DNA from: Glaucostegus cemiculus
Taxonomy: Eukaryota
Assembly (NCBI GenBank): GCA_976551045.1
Contig: CDPCPM010000056.1
Span: forward strand, 21,576,001-21,640,000
Direction of reading: 5' to 3'
Length of the DNA stretch: 64,000 nucleotides
Shown: positions 52,206 to 64,000 of the stretch, piece by piece
How the letters are laid out: each line of letters begins with the position of its first letter
Numbering within the stretch: the first letter of the stretch is position 1
Made by a program: the position numbers and the translations under genes
Notes under the pieces: generated by a model
Database searches by the model: none
Told to the model about the DNA's origin: nothing
The model's input: only the letters and a program-made list of their open reading frames with translations

Positions 52206-55200
52206 CAGCCCGCCCCAACCATCACTTAATGCTTCCCCCCGCCCGCCACACTGAAGGTACTTATATATCTATTTTCTACACAGGCAATAGATTTTATTCA
52301 TTGCCCGGCTGACTTATCACAGCCTGCTTTTAATGAGGTATAATAAGGAGAGCATTTTGTAGCTACACAGTTGTACTATTTTATCTTCCAAACAGCTGTG
52401 TCATGGCTGTCTGTGCAGGATAAATCATATCACCCTTTCCACATATGCTAACACCCCTGTAATTACAGGACACTTTAAATTAAACAAAGAAAAAGAAACA
52501 GAAAAAAAAACCCACCTAAAACTGTTGCACAGATTACAAGCAATAACAGACCTCATAATAAAACTAGTCATCATTAAAATTAATTTGTCACAGGGAGAAA
52601 ACGTAATCCATTAATTTGACAAGAGCACAACTATTGGGATTAATACTATGATATCTGAGACTGGTAACCCCTTATCACCTTCTCTTTACAGCTTTATTCC
52701 CTTTTTAAAATTGCTATGGAAATAAATTTAAAGAATACTTTAGGCCACACAAAAATTAATTCCTGGTCATAAGGACAGTTCAATAATTAGAACTATAAAG
52801 GCTGTAGGAAAAAAAACTACAGAATGATTTGTTTAGCTATTTGAGCACAAAAATTCATTAATAAATAATTTCCTTAATTTCTTGGAAAAAATGTTAAGTG
52901 ATTCAGCCTACGCTATAATGGATTGACCTTTTATTTTCTTTCATTGATTGCAATGAGGCCTTAAAAAAAAGAGGTATTTTTGCTAAAATGTTTCATTTTT
53001 ATTTCTTCAATCCTACCCTGCGCCACCACAGCCCCCACCCCAACACCAGCCCCCAACCACAGATCTCCCCCTTCCGTTTATAACCTAATGCTCTCACTAT
53101 CTCAATCAATACTCCAAATGGCAATCTGTTATAGGGTGAACAGACAGCCTGGTTAATATGGATGCCAACTTTTCTTATGCTTGTTCCACAGTTGGGCTGA
53201 AGAGGACGGAAAATCTTGTCTATCAGAAATGTAAATGATGAGCTGTCTTCCTAAGGGAAATGGATGAGTGCATTTTAGCTAGGGTGAATTCACTGGGTTT
53301 CTTGTGTGATTAACAACTCAGTGACCTGTTGTCCTTGGTCTAATTACTTTTAAATTTCCACTTTACATAATTATCATCAACAAGAATACTACCTCTTTAT
53401 TAAAAATCTACCTAACTCCTTAAATCATTAAGTGTAAATAAAATATGAATATGAGGGGATAAAATCCAACATGTATTCCTTGAATTATTTCATGTTCAAG
53501 TAATTATCTAAAGTAAAATATTTATTTTTTCGTTAAACCGTAGGACTTTTACTTATGATCAAGTTGCAAAAGGAATACTATTGGCAATTTCCGTTATTAA
53601 TTCACAGTGATGCTGAAGTTGTACAAGATAACATTAAAACTTGGGTTTGAAGAGATTTACCACATTCTAAACTCAATGTCTGCTTTGCTCCATTCACTGT
53701 GATGTTTCTATTTATTGAAAAACACAAGCAGCCACCATCCTTCAACACACATTCCCCCGTCACCAAGCCAGCTCGATTTAAGGTGTTCTCTTTCGCTGAT
53801 GTGTCTAATTTATCACCCCACTCCATGATTGATCTTTTTCTTATAAGCCCTGTGCCACTGCTGATTTTGCATTAACCACAGCCTTTTTTTTGAATAAACT
53901 AAAACAGCTGCTTGACTTGCACTAGAAGCGAAAGGGACATTTTAATATATTAAATCTGCAAGACTCTGTGAACAAACTGTAAGTGTTTATATTCTTCCAA
54001 AAAGCTTCTGAGCTTGTAAATGGCATGTGCCACATGCTAGGTGAAGCCAATTCTTTTGCTCTTTTTTTTTGCCTATGCCTTTAAAGAAACCGTTCCATTG
54101 TAAAACTTTATGATTTGATTCACTGCTGCTGTTAGGGCACCTGTTTGCTGGTTTTAATTAACTATCTTAGCTCCTGGAAAGTTTTTTTTCCTTTTCCAGG
54201 CTAGTATCTTTCAGAAACTGGTTGGCTGTAAGCTGTGATTATAGCTTCAACACCAGGGCCCCCAATTTGAAAAGACCTCCTGCCTTCTTCTTTGATCTCG
54301 GCTGCCAGAGAACTGCCGGTTGCTATTTTTCTGCCCTCTCAACACTGGCTCTGTCACCTGGCTCTCACAAAGGAAACAAAGGGATGGCTCTTTCTCTCCC
54401 TCTCGCACACAAGCAGGGAGACACAATTGAGACACTGAATTATACTTACGGTACACAGCCCACCAGAGCAGCTGCTACCCATTTTTCACAAAAAAGGACA
54501 AGATACTTGCTGAATTAAAAAAAACCTAGCTGGCAAGCAACAGGCAAACCTGTTGCAAGGATCTGTGGCTTTTGTAATGTTACATTTATTTATCCTTAAA
54601 AGCATATATTTCTCTTTCTTCATTTTTGTTACTATTTAAAGGCCGAGATAAGTATTTTTCTGTTCATTGATGAATCCTTATTACTAGTTTGGGTATGCTT
54701 TTACTTCCACCTAGTCAGTAACTGGTCAGATTTGACATATTTCTCTTCCTCATTATATGTATCTATGTTTTATTTGCTCTATAACAACTCATACTTTCTG
54801 TATAGAAAGGATTTACAATATTTAAAGGGTCTATCAGTTATTAGCTCAGAAATGCTGCTGTTGTATGTTCATCTTTTTGGAAAGTAGTGAAAACTTTTAA
54901 TAATATTGCAGTGATTGAACATTCGTGTAAAAATCTACATTGAAAGCAAAACAATGAATTATTTTCAAAATGGAAAAATGGAACAAGATATATTTTCTAG
55001 TTTTATTGAATGATACCAATTTATCACATTCAGTGAGCAACAGTGGAAAATCATACTGAGATAAAAGATTTTCAGCTTGTAATCTTTTACTATTTTATAC
55101 TTTCTCCTGCCTGGTGAAAAGATACATTGTGCAACTGAGAATCTACAAAATAATAAAGATTATCCATTATTTGTAGCAAATATGATAAATTTACTTTATT

Positions 55201-58200
55201 CATATTTTTTATTTAGAAAACCATTAAAATGATCTTATTGCTATTAAAAACTGTTGACTAATAATTATGGCTCTCATTTCAAAAATGTAAAATTGTGCTC
55301 TAATGAGTCAGGAATTTCTAATGATGAGTAGGAATCAACATGAAATTTGTAAAAAAACAAATTATGACATTGAGTATTATTTGTATTTAAAAGGCAAAAG
55401 TGGTTACAAACGTGTGGTATAACGTTAGCTTGCTTTCTGACAGTAGTCTGCTTTGTTGTATGTGCTATCACGCTGTCGGAGAGAGCTGAGGATACTGACC
55501 GAGTCTCCCTGGTGGGTTTACTGACTGAACATCAAGCTCCCCTTCAGCCTCTGTAGACCAGACACATTGCACAAATGTAGACAGAGGGCAAATGAGCAGT
55601 AATTGATGAGAATAAAGATGTTTTGCCAGACAGAGATAGTACCCCTACAGAGAAATGAGGCATTTACAAATAAAACAAGGATAGACAAGACAGACGCCTC
55701 ACTTTGCTATGGATTCTACGACAAAAATTTAAATTGGGCCACTAACTGTGAACAGAAGACTTTGAAATGAAAAATAAAGAAAGAAGGTCTAACATGAAAA
55801 AAAACATTGCACAGGGACTAACAAAATGTACTACAAGCAGTATTGCCATTGATTGTTAGCATCTGAGGAGCTGTTTGTTTTTAACCCAAAGCCAAGACTT
55901 TATATGCAAAGCCTTACATAGATTATGGGTTTGAGAAGGTATCTGTCAAGCATTGCGACCCCCCTCATTCCAAACTATATTTTCCAACAACATCAGTGAT
56001 CATTCTGGGATGTTACAATTCCTGAAACCCCTGTTCCCCAACTTTTAGTTAAACAAATGTTGGATGTATTCACATGCTGCTGAGTCTGTGTTCACGAACC
56101 ATTAATTACATGCAAGAGTACACAAAGTTTCTTTTTTATGTTTCTGAGACTGTGGCAAGTTGAATGTGCATGATTGCATGAAAGATCAAATAAAATTTTA
56201 AGCTAAGTCATTAAGACAAAATATCTTCAGATTTTTCTAATTAATTCATAATTTTCCTTTCTCCTTGCAACATTCATTTTCAAAACCTTTCCTAAGTATT
56301 ATTTCTCTCATTAGTAATTTGTTCACTATTTTATTTATCCTTTTCTACTTCAGAAGTTGTACTTGAACAGTAAGGGCAAATGTTTTGCTAAACTGTACTA
56401 ATTCAAAATAAAATATTGAAACAAAGCAGGAAATTGGCTGTATGCTGGTAGCCACGAGCCTCTTTCTGAATCATTTGCTCAAGACCCGAATCGCACACAA
56501 TACATTTTTAACAAATGGAAATTCTAACTGAGCAACAACTCCGAATATTTGTCTTGCTACATTTTGCCAATCATAAAGTACAGTGCTCAGGTTAATAAAT
56601 AAACCCTTTTAAACCAGGCTTCTTTATTTAGACGCACAATGTTCAAATCATTTAAAATAATAGGGACCAAAAAGTCTGTAGCACTGCACCACATATTCAG
56701 TTTTTTCAGTTTGAAGGAAAATGTTCAAAGTTTGAATTGGTTCATTTTTATTTCTAAGAAACAGTATTTAAAAGTGACGAACTGCTATGCTGCAATTGAG
56801 CAGGTACTCCCTTGGCAGCAGTCTTGTAACAGATTTTTTGGGAAGAAATAAAGAAAGGAAATCGATGGCACTTTGAATAGAGGTCGTCAGGGTTGTTGCT
56901 CAGGGAAAGTGACAGATCTGCGTACTAAGCCTCTGGCAGCCCCAAAAATTCCATACATATTACCATTTAGCTGCAATATTTCAAGTTACAGCCTTCGTAA
57001 TGAAACTCCACTTTGTAAATCAACCATTTATCCTACACACTAGTGCAATGCAATCAGTGTTAACTAAAAGTAGCTAAAGCAATAAATAGTAATACGTAGA
57101 CAGACCAGTAGATAAAGCTATAAATGTATAGATTGTTTAACTGACATCATAACAATTTTGCTAATAAATATATCTGAAGAAATGGCACATTACTATCAAT
57201 TTTTAAAAATCAAGTACCATTTTTAAAACAACATCTATAAATGAGCTACATTAAGCATTCATGTATGATTCTGCCACTGTTAAAAACTAAATTTGTAATG
57301 CATACTTTATTAACCTCTGCTGGACAAAAATTAGATTGTAAGTAGAGGAATGTCTAATGAAATTTAATTTGTAATTTCAATCGATGCTTGAAATCTAGTG
57401 CAAAGTTATTTATAACAAATCAGATTTATATTTTAATGTGTTTGTGTTTTGACATCATTCACAAAATGGAGACGGTTAATCTTTTATTTTGTCCATAGGG
57501 TATAAAGATTTCCTAAAATAAACACAGATGGTCTGGAATATTGAAGAAAAGGTTTTTAATGTTGCTTTTATTAAAAAAGAAATAATGTCTGGCAAATCAT
57601 CATTGATAAAATCAGTTTTTTAAAAAATATACTTGGACAAAATCAAACTATTTGCAAACTATTTCAATAGTTTTCCATTCAATCAGCTCTTCCTTCACAT
57701 TCATATTTACAATTCTATAAAGCTGCCATTGTATATTTATCTGCTTAAAAGATACAGTTAGTCCAGCTGCATGTAATGTTATACGAATATAAGGCAAGGT
57801 AGATATTTTAACTACGGCAACTCACACCTCAGCCTTATAACAAATGGCATTGTGTTAAAGACCAATTGTCCTTTGTCTTATCTCCTTCGCACCTCAATAT
57901 TCATTCCAACAACCCTCAAATCCTTTTCGCTACACCACAGGCTTAAAGACTGAGGCTGTATAATACCAGCTCTCAGCAAGTGCTCAAAGCCGATCCACTA
58001 CTGCCTTCCTCTCGATTTTTCCATATTAGTGCCTATCATTACCATAAGAAGAGGGCAGAGGAAAAGAGGGGAGGGAAGCACTTAAAGAAATCTGAAAAGG
58101 ATGCCAGTTGAAATCCAATGGGAAGAACTGAAAAGATCAGTGTTTTCACATATGGTTAAGTACTGCAAAACACACCGACAGCCATATGATTATAAGAACA

Positions 58201-59472
58201 CCCATGCAAAGTTTACTTGCAGGGAAAGGAAAGAATATTAATATAGGTTTCAATTTGTGCTACTTCCCCTATCATTACCATCCCACCAACACTGTTCCAA
58301 TTTGTTTGCTCAATAAATCAGAAGATATTTATGAAGAAGAAAAGCAACCAGGTTGGTCTTGTCAGGAAGGAAGCAAAGACATCCACGTTTTGTTGTTTTA
58401 ATTTTTTTTGTTAACGGCTCAGGAAGGAAGATAGGGGCCTGGATTCTGACTCAACAATTGCAGTTTAATTACTCATTCTTAACATAATATAGCCCATCTG
58501 TGTTCCCTACTGCAATCAAACTTTTGAAATGATTTTTACTCATATGCTATCTTTTCATGTATTTCTTCCTTGCCAACAGCTTTTTAATGCTTTTCTTTAT
58601 CACTCACTTTGTTTTACATCCCTTTGCTTTCACTTTCTGTGTCACTCTTTCAGCTCTGTTATTATTCTCACTCTTTCCTCCTGTTTCCCTTGCCGCCTCT
58701 TACTCTTTCTTCATCCAAAACAAACAGCAACAAAAGTCAGTAGCTTCCCACAGTTGAGGATTGTTAACTTATCACCCATTATCACCTCATCTTCCAAGCA
58801 CCACCTTTCTTCTCAAAGCACTGACGTGCCCCACAAACTTCTGGAATTACAATTTAACTCAACAAACATCACAATACAGATGCAGGGATTGGCTTCCTCT
58901 CACTTACAGGGTCTTTTCTCTCTTTTTTCCAAGAAGTTATTTGGTTGATTGTGCTGGTGTTGGGGGTGGGGATGGGGATGGAAGTGGGATGCTGTTGAGT
59001 AATGCTAGCCATAAGCTTTTCTTTCTAAGAATATCTATAGCATTAGCTATCCACAGAAACATGATCTTCACTTAATTCCTTTAAAGGATTTTAATCACTA
59101 GAAGACACGATTCTATTTGTTTTACTTGGTTTTATTTTAAATGTAGACCATTAAAAACTCTTCTCTCAAGCAAACAAGCATCCACAACTGAAATTAAAAT
59201 ACGTAAGATGAAAAGTGATATACTGACAAGTGCATTTATTTTAGGTGTTTTCATCATAGTTTTGAGTTTTCAATTGAAAAATGGAACAATTCTGAGCTCA
59301 AGTAGTATGAATTTTAAAGCAACCAGTTCAGTAAGATAATTTATTTTAGATTCAAAGTTTATGTCAAACACAGTTACCAGAAAGCATATGATACAGTAAA
59401 CAGAATATTTGAATTTGCAAAAATAAAAAAAGTCAAAAATAAGTTAAAATAAGTAAAAGAACAAACACTTAC

Positions 59473-60100
59473 ATCTCTCGTTTCGACTTTCTTCAGGGCT
59501 TGCAGAATTTTCTCGGTCAGAGATGAGACCTGACACAGCAAAGACCTTTTTTCCAGAGTCATCTAGCTTTAGTGAGCTGGGGGAACTGGATGGGAGCTGG
59601 GCTGTAAACTCATATTCCTTGCCCTCAGAGTCTGAAAACCTCAGATGGGGGGATTCGGTTTCATGGCAGTTCTTTAGTCTTTTGGCAGGTGTAAAGGCAG
59701 ACTGATAACTGTCTCTGTCTTCAGCGGAGGCAAAAGGCCGAAATGCCCCAACACCACTATGGTTCAGCATGCTGATAGGGGTACAGTCCAGATTTGGAGG
59801 TGCAAATTGATGATGCAGGTGCAAAAGCTGAGGGGGGAAATCTCGGTTTGGGAAGGCCCCTGGCACCCCACCCTGACGATGGTACATTGAGGCAAAGGTA
59901 TACGAACCATTAGTGAAGGGGATGTGGACATCTTTGTCCACTGAGACGGGTACTCCAAAAGGTCTAGGCTGCTGGCAAGAGATAGAGGCATCTCGGCTAG
60001 CCTCTGCCGTGGAGGCAAGGACCATCAAAGCTGGAGATGCAAGGGGATTAGGGAGGTAGGAAGAATTCTCCATCTTGAAAGCTGTTCTGTGCAAGTCCAT
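59473..60100 (-). CDS. RNF220: RNF220 E3 ubiquitin-protein ligase, first coding exon (209 codons + 1 nt; gene continues beyond the left edge of the window)
   Basis: Translation MDLHRTAFKMENSSYLPNPLASPALMVLASTAEASRDAS...SAFTPAKRLKNCHETESPHLRFSD...SRNER is near-identical to the vertebrate RNF220 N-terminus as I recall it. ATG at 60100-60098. Similarity ends at a canonical GTAAGT donor (plus strand acttac 59467-59472), phase 1. Confidence 0.97.
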
Positions 60101-60212
60101 TGGAAACTCTTTGCACGCTCGTACCAGACTTATATATGACCTTCTCAAATGCAGGCAAGGCTGGCTTTATAAAGAGCAGTGTGACATCATTAACACCACA
60201 GCTTGATAGACC
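60101..60212 (-). other. RNF220: 5'UTR portion of the RNF220 first coding exon
   Basis: Minus strand reads ttattttttgttctctttattaatatAG|ggtct: a polypyrimidine tract plus an AG acceptor at 60214-60213. Confidence 0.8.
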
Positions 60213-60293
60213 CTATATTAATAAAGAGAACAAAAAATAAATATTCACACGCACACACACACATACATTCTCATCTCCTTTTGCCATATATTA

Positions 60294-60303
<10 letters not shown>

Positions 60304-60329
<26 letters not shown>
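60304..60329. repeat. (AC)n microsatellite
   Basis: Directly visible, ~90 nt upstream of the exon acceptor. Confidence 0.95.
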
Positions 60330-61335
60330 GTTGCATCCTATTACAAGAATTCTGACGCTTGTATAGATTAGGTTCTATTTGACCACAGTAATTATGAAAA
60401 TCTATACTTAATACACTCTGATGTCAAAAAGTCACGGGCTTAAAGACTGACCCCAAATAACAGAGCCTCTATAGCACTGTGATCAAAAATGCATTTATTG
60501 CTCCGAAATCACAAGAGGTGGTTACTGATTAAGTATTCTTTCCCCTCAAAATCTTGCTAACCAAAGAAATAAAGGTAAATGTTTACGGTTTTTTTATACA
60601 AATATGTTTACCTTTCAGATTTTTAATTTGGCACATGGTAAAAAATAAAGATTAAAATAACTTAACGGTATTGATTTACGCCGTAGAATTGACATTAATT
60701 TTAGTTCAGTTATCACTTTGCAAAGCGATCAATAGTAACTAATAACGAATGACAGGGCTGGTAAAAAGGAGAGAAAGCAGGACTCCAGCCAAAAATCGAA
60801 ATGTACCAGCACTAAATCATCTCATACTTTTCCAGTCGTCAGACATCAAGACACCAAAAAAACCCAGTTGCTACTTTTGTTACAACTATCAAGATTAATA
60901 ACATCCAGTGCCGGATAATTCATTGCAACTTTGAAACTGAGGTCAATTAAACAGCTAATTTAATGATGCTTAGGAGCGATCATCAAGGAATAAAATAGAG
61001 AATAGCACCAAAAGCAAAGCAATTGTGCCGTATAGAATTAACAACAACTCAGATATTGCTGTGTAGAAACGTATTGTATAAGTCACTATGAATACAGTTC
61101 TCACATCTAATCATCACAGTGCAATTTATTCTAAATAAGGCTTTCAATAGTTTAGGCGATACGTTGCAACGCAAGCAATGAACACACATTGTCTGGGCTA
61201 ACTACTTTACTACAGTATTTTTTTAATTGCAAGGTGCACGCACCGGCACACACAGACCATGAAGTATGTAAACAATGACTTCCGGACAAAGTTGGAGACA
61301 ACACATCACAGATACATTCTTATTACTGTACTTAC

Positions 61336-61590
61336 TTTAATTCCCAAGGATGCTTTCACTTATTATAATAGAGCATAAATACTCGAAAATAAAAAGGTTT
61401 ATTTCTTTTGGCAAAACTCTCCTTCAGTATATATGGGCTGTGGAGTGGAAGTCTGGAATACGGAGTGTGTGTGAATGAAGTCTGCTGATGTAGAATGGTG
61501 TTGATTACATGCACAGAGGGATCCCTATCCCGAGTCCGATCAGAGAAGGAATGTTGTGCTGCTGCTCCGCTGCTGCCGCTTGGCTCAGTC
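61336..61590 (-). other. Candidate non-coding first exon of RNF220
   Basis: Donor AAA|GTAAGT (plus acttac 61330-61335) downstream of the CpG-rich promoter motifs. The 5' boundary is a guess. Confidence 0.4.
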
Positions 61591-61591
61591 A

Positions 61592-61618
61592 GTGTGTGTG
61601 TGTGTGTGTGTGTGTGTG
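61592..61618. repeat. (GT)n microsatellite in the promoter/first-exon region
   Basis: Directly visible. Confidence 0.95.
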
Positions 61619-61641
61619 CGTCAATTTCAGAACTCACTCAC

Positions 61642-61690
61642 CGGGACAGCAATATACCAGCGCAGTCCCCAACAGCCTACTGCGCAACCG
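61642..61690 (-). other. Alternative candidate short first exon of RNF220
   Basis: Donor CCG|GTGAGT (plus actcac 61636-61641) just downstream of the CCAAT and ZNF143-type motifs. Confidence 0.4.
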
Positions 61691-61691
61691 C

Positions 61692-61724
61692 ATTGGCTAC
61701 ACACTGGCACCTGGGAATTGTAGT
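61692..61724 (-). promoter_or_regulatory. RNF220 promoter elements: ACTACAATTCCCAG (ZNF143/THAP11-type motif) and CCAAT box
   Basis: Plus strand ctgggaattgtagt at 61711-61724 and attgg at 61692-61696, in CpG-rich context. Confidence 0.75.
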
Positions 61725-63723
61725 CCACACTCATCATTTCATCTCCCGCTCTTCCCTTTTGCCTTCTCTTGCGACTTTTTCCCTCTGCCCCTCTCTTTGC
61801 TTATTTTAATAATTTAGCTGGTTGTATTCCCTGATTTCCCCTTCCTTTTCCTGCTTCATCGATTCAGTTTTTTTTCATTTGAAACATTAATCATATTTAT
61901 CCGTCTGTGTACTTGCTTAATTCCTGTTCATTCTTTTGTTCGCGTGTGAAATTTATAACTCTTAAAGTGGTTTTTATTCATAACAAGTAGATAGATCCTC
62001 TGGAGCTCTGAGCTGAATTTATTTACTCTTACTTGGTTATTACCTTTTCTTTGTATTAGAAACTGTTCTTTTTGGATGTCTTTTGTGTTTATTTTATTAT
62101 TCCACAGTTTAGTTTTGCCCTTTTACGCGTTGCTATTTGCTTTCTCTTCACCTACGTTCTTTTCCTGCTTTACAATTAGGATCGCTGAGGGCTGTTTTTT
62201 TAAAAAAAACTTTTCTTAAGTATCGCCGCTTTTTACATGGAACTGTTGACCTTTTGCCTTTTTGATTCTCTACTTGATCTTTTTTTTTGCTTCGTGTACC
62301 CACCTCCTTCCCACTACCTCCCCCCAGCAACACCGCTCCCCGCGTCCCCTTCAATAAAACCTTTCCGGTTCCTTTACCGTGGGCGCAGGAGTTTCGGCAT
62401 CATCTGCCGCAGTGTTTCTTTTCCTTGTCTCTTTAACTTCTCTGGATTCGTGAAATTTTCCTTTTCTTCCCATAGCTGCACTCATACTGCACTTACACAA
62501 AACATTTTGAGCGTTCTTGGTTTCGCGTTACTTTTTTTTAACTTGCTGTTCCCTCTCGGTGATTTGTCTGTTCGAATGCCTTCGTTCACTCCCTTTGGTC
62601 GGCTTATCGTTTCGTTTGTTTTATTATTTAACAAAGTTCCATTTCAAACCCCAGTCAACATTGTTCGAGAACGCAGTATTTTCCATATCATACCCGGATC
62701 GCTTCTTCCAGCTGCAATAACCGGCCCAAATTAATAATGTAGATTGGGAAAGGGTGGGGAGGAAGCATTCAACAAGAACACAGTTTTTTTTGTTAAAAGT
62801 TCCGTGATCGGAGTTATTCCTCTAAGTCCCGGACAGGGTGCTTACCGAAAGAATCCTAGGCCTGAAACGACAATGAGAAGCACCATTTCCCAAATCAGTC
62901 AACTCATTGTATAAAAAATAGGTAAAATATTGTCATGCTAGATTGATATACTCGCGCCGTTGGTGTACCCACTATTACACCAACCCCTTGGACGGCCTAC
63001 ATAAGCCCGCATTTCAACGAACACCCCCAAAAATCAATACCTAACGTTATTAATTATCTCAGTTTCCCATTGAACGTAAACAGCTTAACGTGACCAAAGA
63101 GCTCGGATAAAGAACTTGCTGACACTACAAATATATTACAGCCCACAACAAAATACACACCTAGGTTTGCCCCAACCAATTAAAAAGTCGATGCATAAGC
63201 TTGTAGTTACAAGAAAACCCAAAATAACGTAACTATGAGAACATCGGAAACGCTTAATCCTAGCATAAGTGGGATTCCAACCACCTAAAAAGATGTTTTG
63301 TTTTTACGATACAGTTTTTTCTAGATTATTTTTCAGCTTTACTACTGCATATCACAATAGTTTGGTTCATCAGATATGGGCATTACAAAGGATTCAGTCA
63401 AAACCAAACCTAATATGCGTCAGACAATAATGTTGATAATGTGGTAGTAATAGTTTACCTCATTCGAATTACAACTGTATAAATAACTGCATAAACATTT
63501 CATATTGTTATATGATTTTACATCTTTTGACTACGTTATTTGTTGGAGGGGTTGAAACATTATTTAAACGTGCATTTAAACCTAAACAAAACTTCATTCA
63601 GAATTGTAAAATAGCAATGTAATTAAAATTAATTGAAAATTCGCGGCGTTTTACAGCAAAACTAAATGCGGTGCGGTGCAATTCACTGCGTTCGCAAGCC
63701 TGTTGAATGGAATGTGGTATTAA

Positions 63724-63797
63724 ACTACAATTCCCAGCGTCCTTAACCCAGAAAATCAAAGGCACCGAAGACTTCAGCGTGTAAGGCATCTGTAGTC
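63724..63797 (+). promoter_or_regulatory. Second ZNF143/THAP11-type promoter motif cluster
   Basis: ACTACAATTCCCAG at 63724-63737 and an inverted ACTACA core (tgtagtcc) near 63791-63798, with CpG-rich flanks. Confidence 0.7.
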
Positions 63798-64000
63798 CAG
63801 CGCAGGCAGTGGGAAACGGGATGTTTTTTGTAACACGCTCACAGCAGAAAGAGATGAAATAACATTTTACCATTTATTATTGTATTTTTATGGTGTGTTT
63901 ATCAGCAGACCGCCAACTATTGTCGTGGCCTCAGAACGCCTTGCTCAGTCATTGAGGTTCAGCATGACATTTGCAAAAAGTTGGTAATGGATCAAAATAG

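Larger units (their letters stand above)
1..59472 (-). other. RNF220: Large RNF220 intron (partial, >59 kb)
   Basis: Starts at the GTAAGT donor. I found no sequence encoding the next expected RNF220 residues (KKKAA...APICPICQ) in the window. This intron is also very large in mammals. Confidence 0.8.
61450..63960. promoter_or_regulatory. CpG-enriched (island-like) region
   Basis: By eye, CG dinucleotides are far more frequent here than in the CpG-depleted intron. Not computed. Confidence 0.65.

Noticed and set aside
59444-60148. ORF-track 234-aa protein with N-terminal MRRSY... and C-terminal KCLFFYLF
   Set aside because: The listed start is a TTG in the 5'UTR and the tail is read-through past the GTAAGT donor. 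The true coding segment is 59473-60100.
62237-62734. 165-aa Phe/Leu-rich ORF
   Set aside because: Reflects T/C-rich promoter-region composition; no homology recognised.

Overview
Vertebrate genomic DNA, not prokaryotic. The repeat content (V-SINEs, CR1, Rex1/Babar, Penelope-type palindromes) points to a cartilaginous fish. The only supportable host gene is RNF220 (RING E3 ubiquitin ligase) on the minus strand. It has a CpG-rich promoter region (~61.3-64 kb), candidate non-coding first exon(s), and the first coding exon (59473-60212, ATG at 60100). A very large intron then runs past the left edge of the window. That intron holds many decayed retroelements, a solo LTR with intact termini and a target-site duplication, a Harbinger transposase relic, and repeat-poor stretches that look like conserved enhancers. 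Almost all entries in the ORF track are chance ORFs or TE relics. I cannot demonstrate a previously undescribed biological system. The best leads are palindromic repeats carrying hammerhead-ribozyme-like relics, an in-frame uORF in RNF220, and two inverted copies of a ZNF143-type motif that suggest a divergent promoter pair. All family assignments come from recalled consensus motifs, not database searches. TE boundaries are approximate unless stated.
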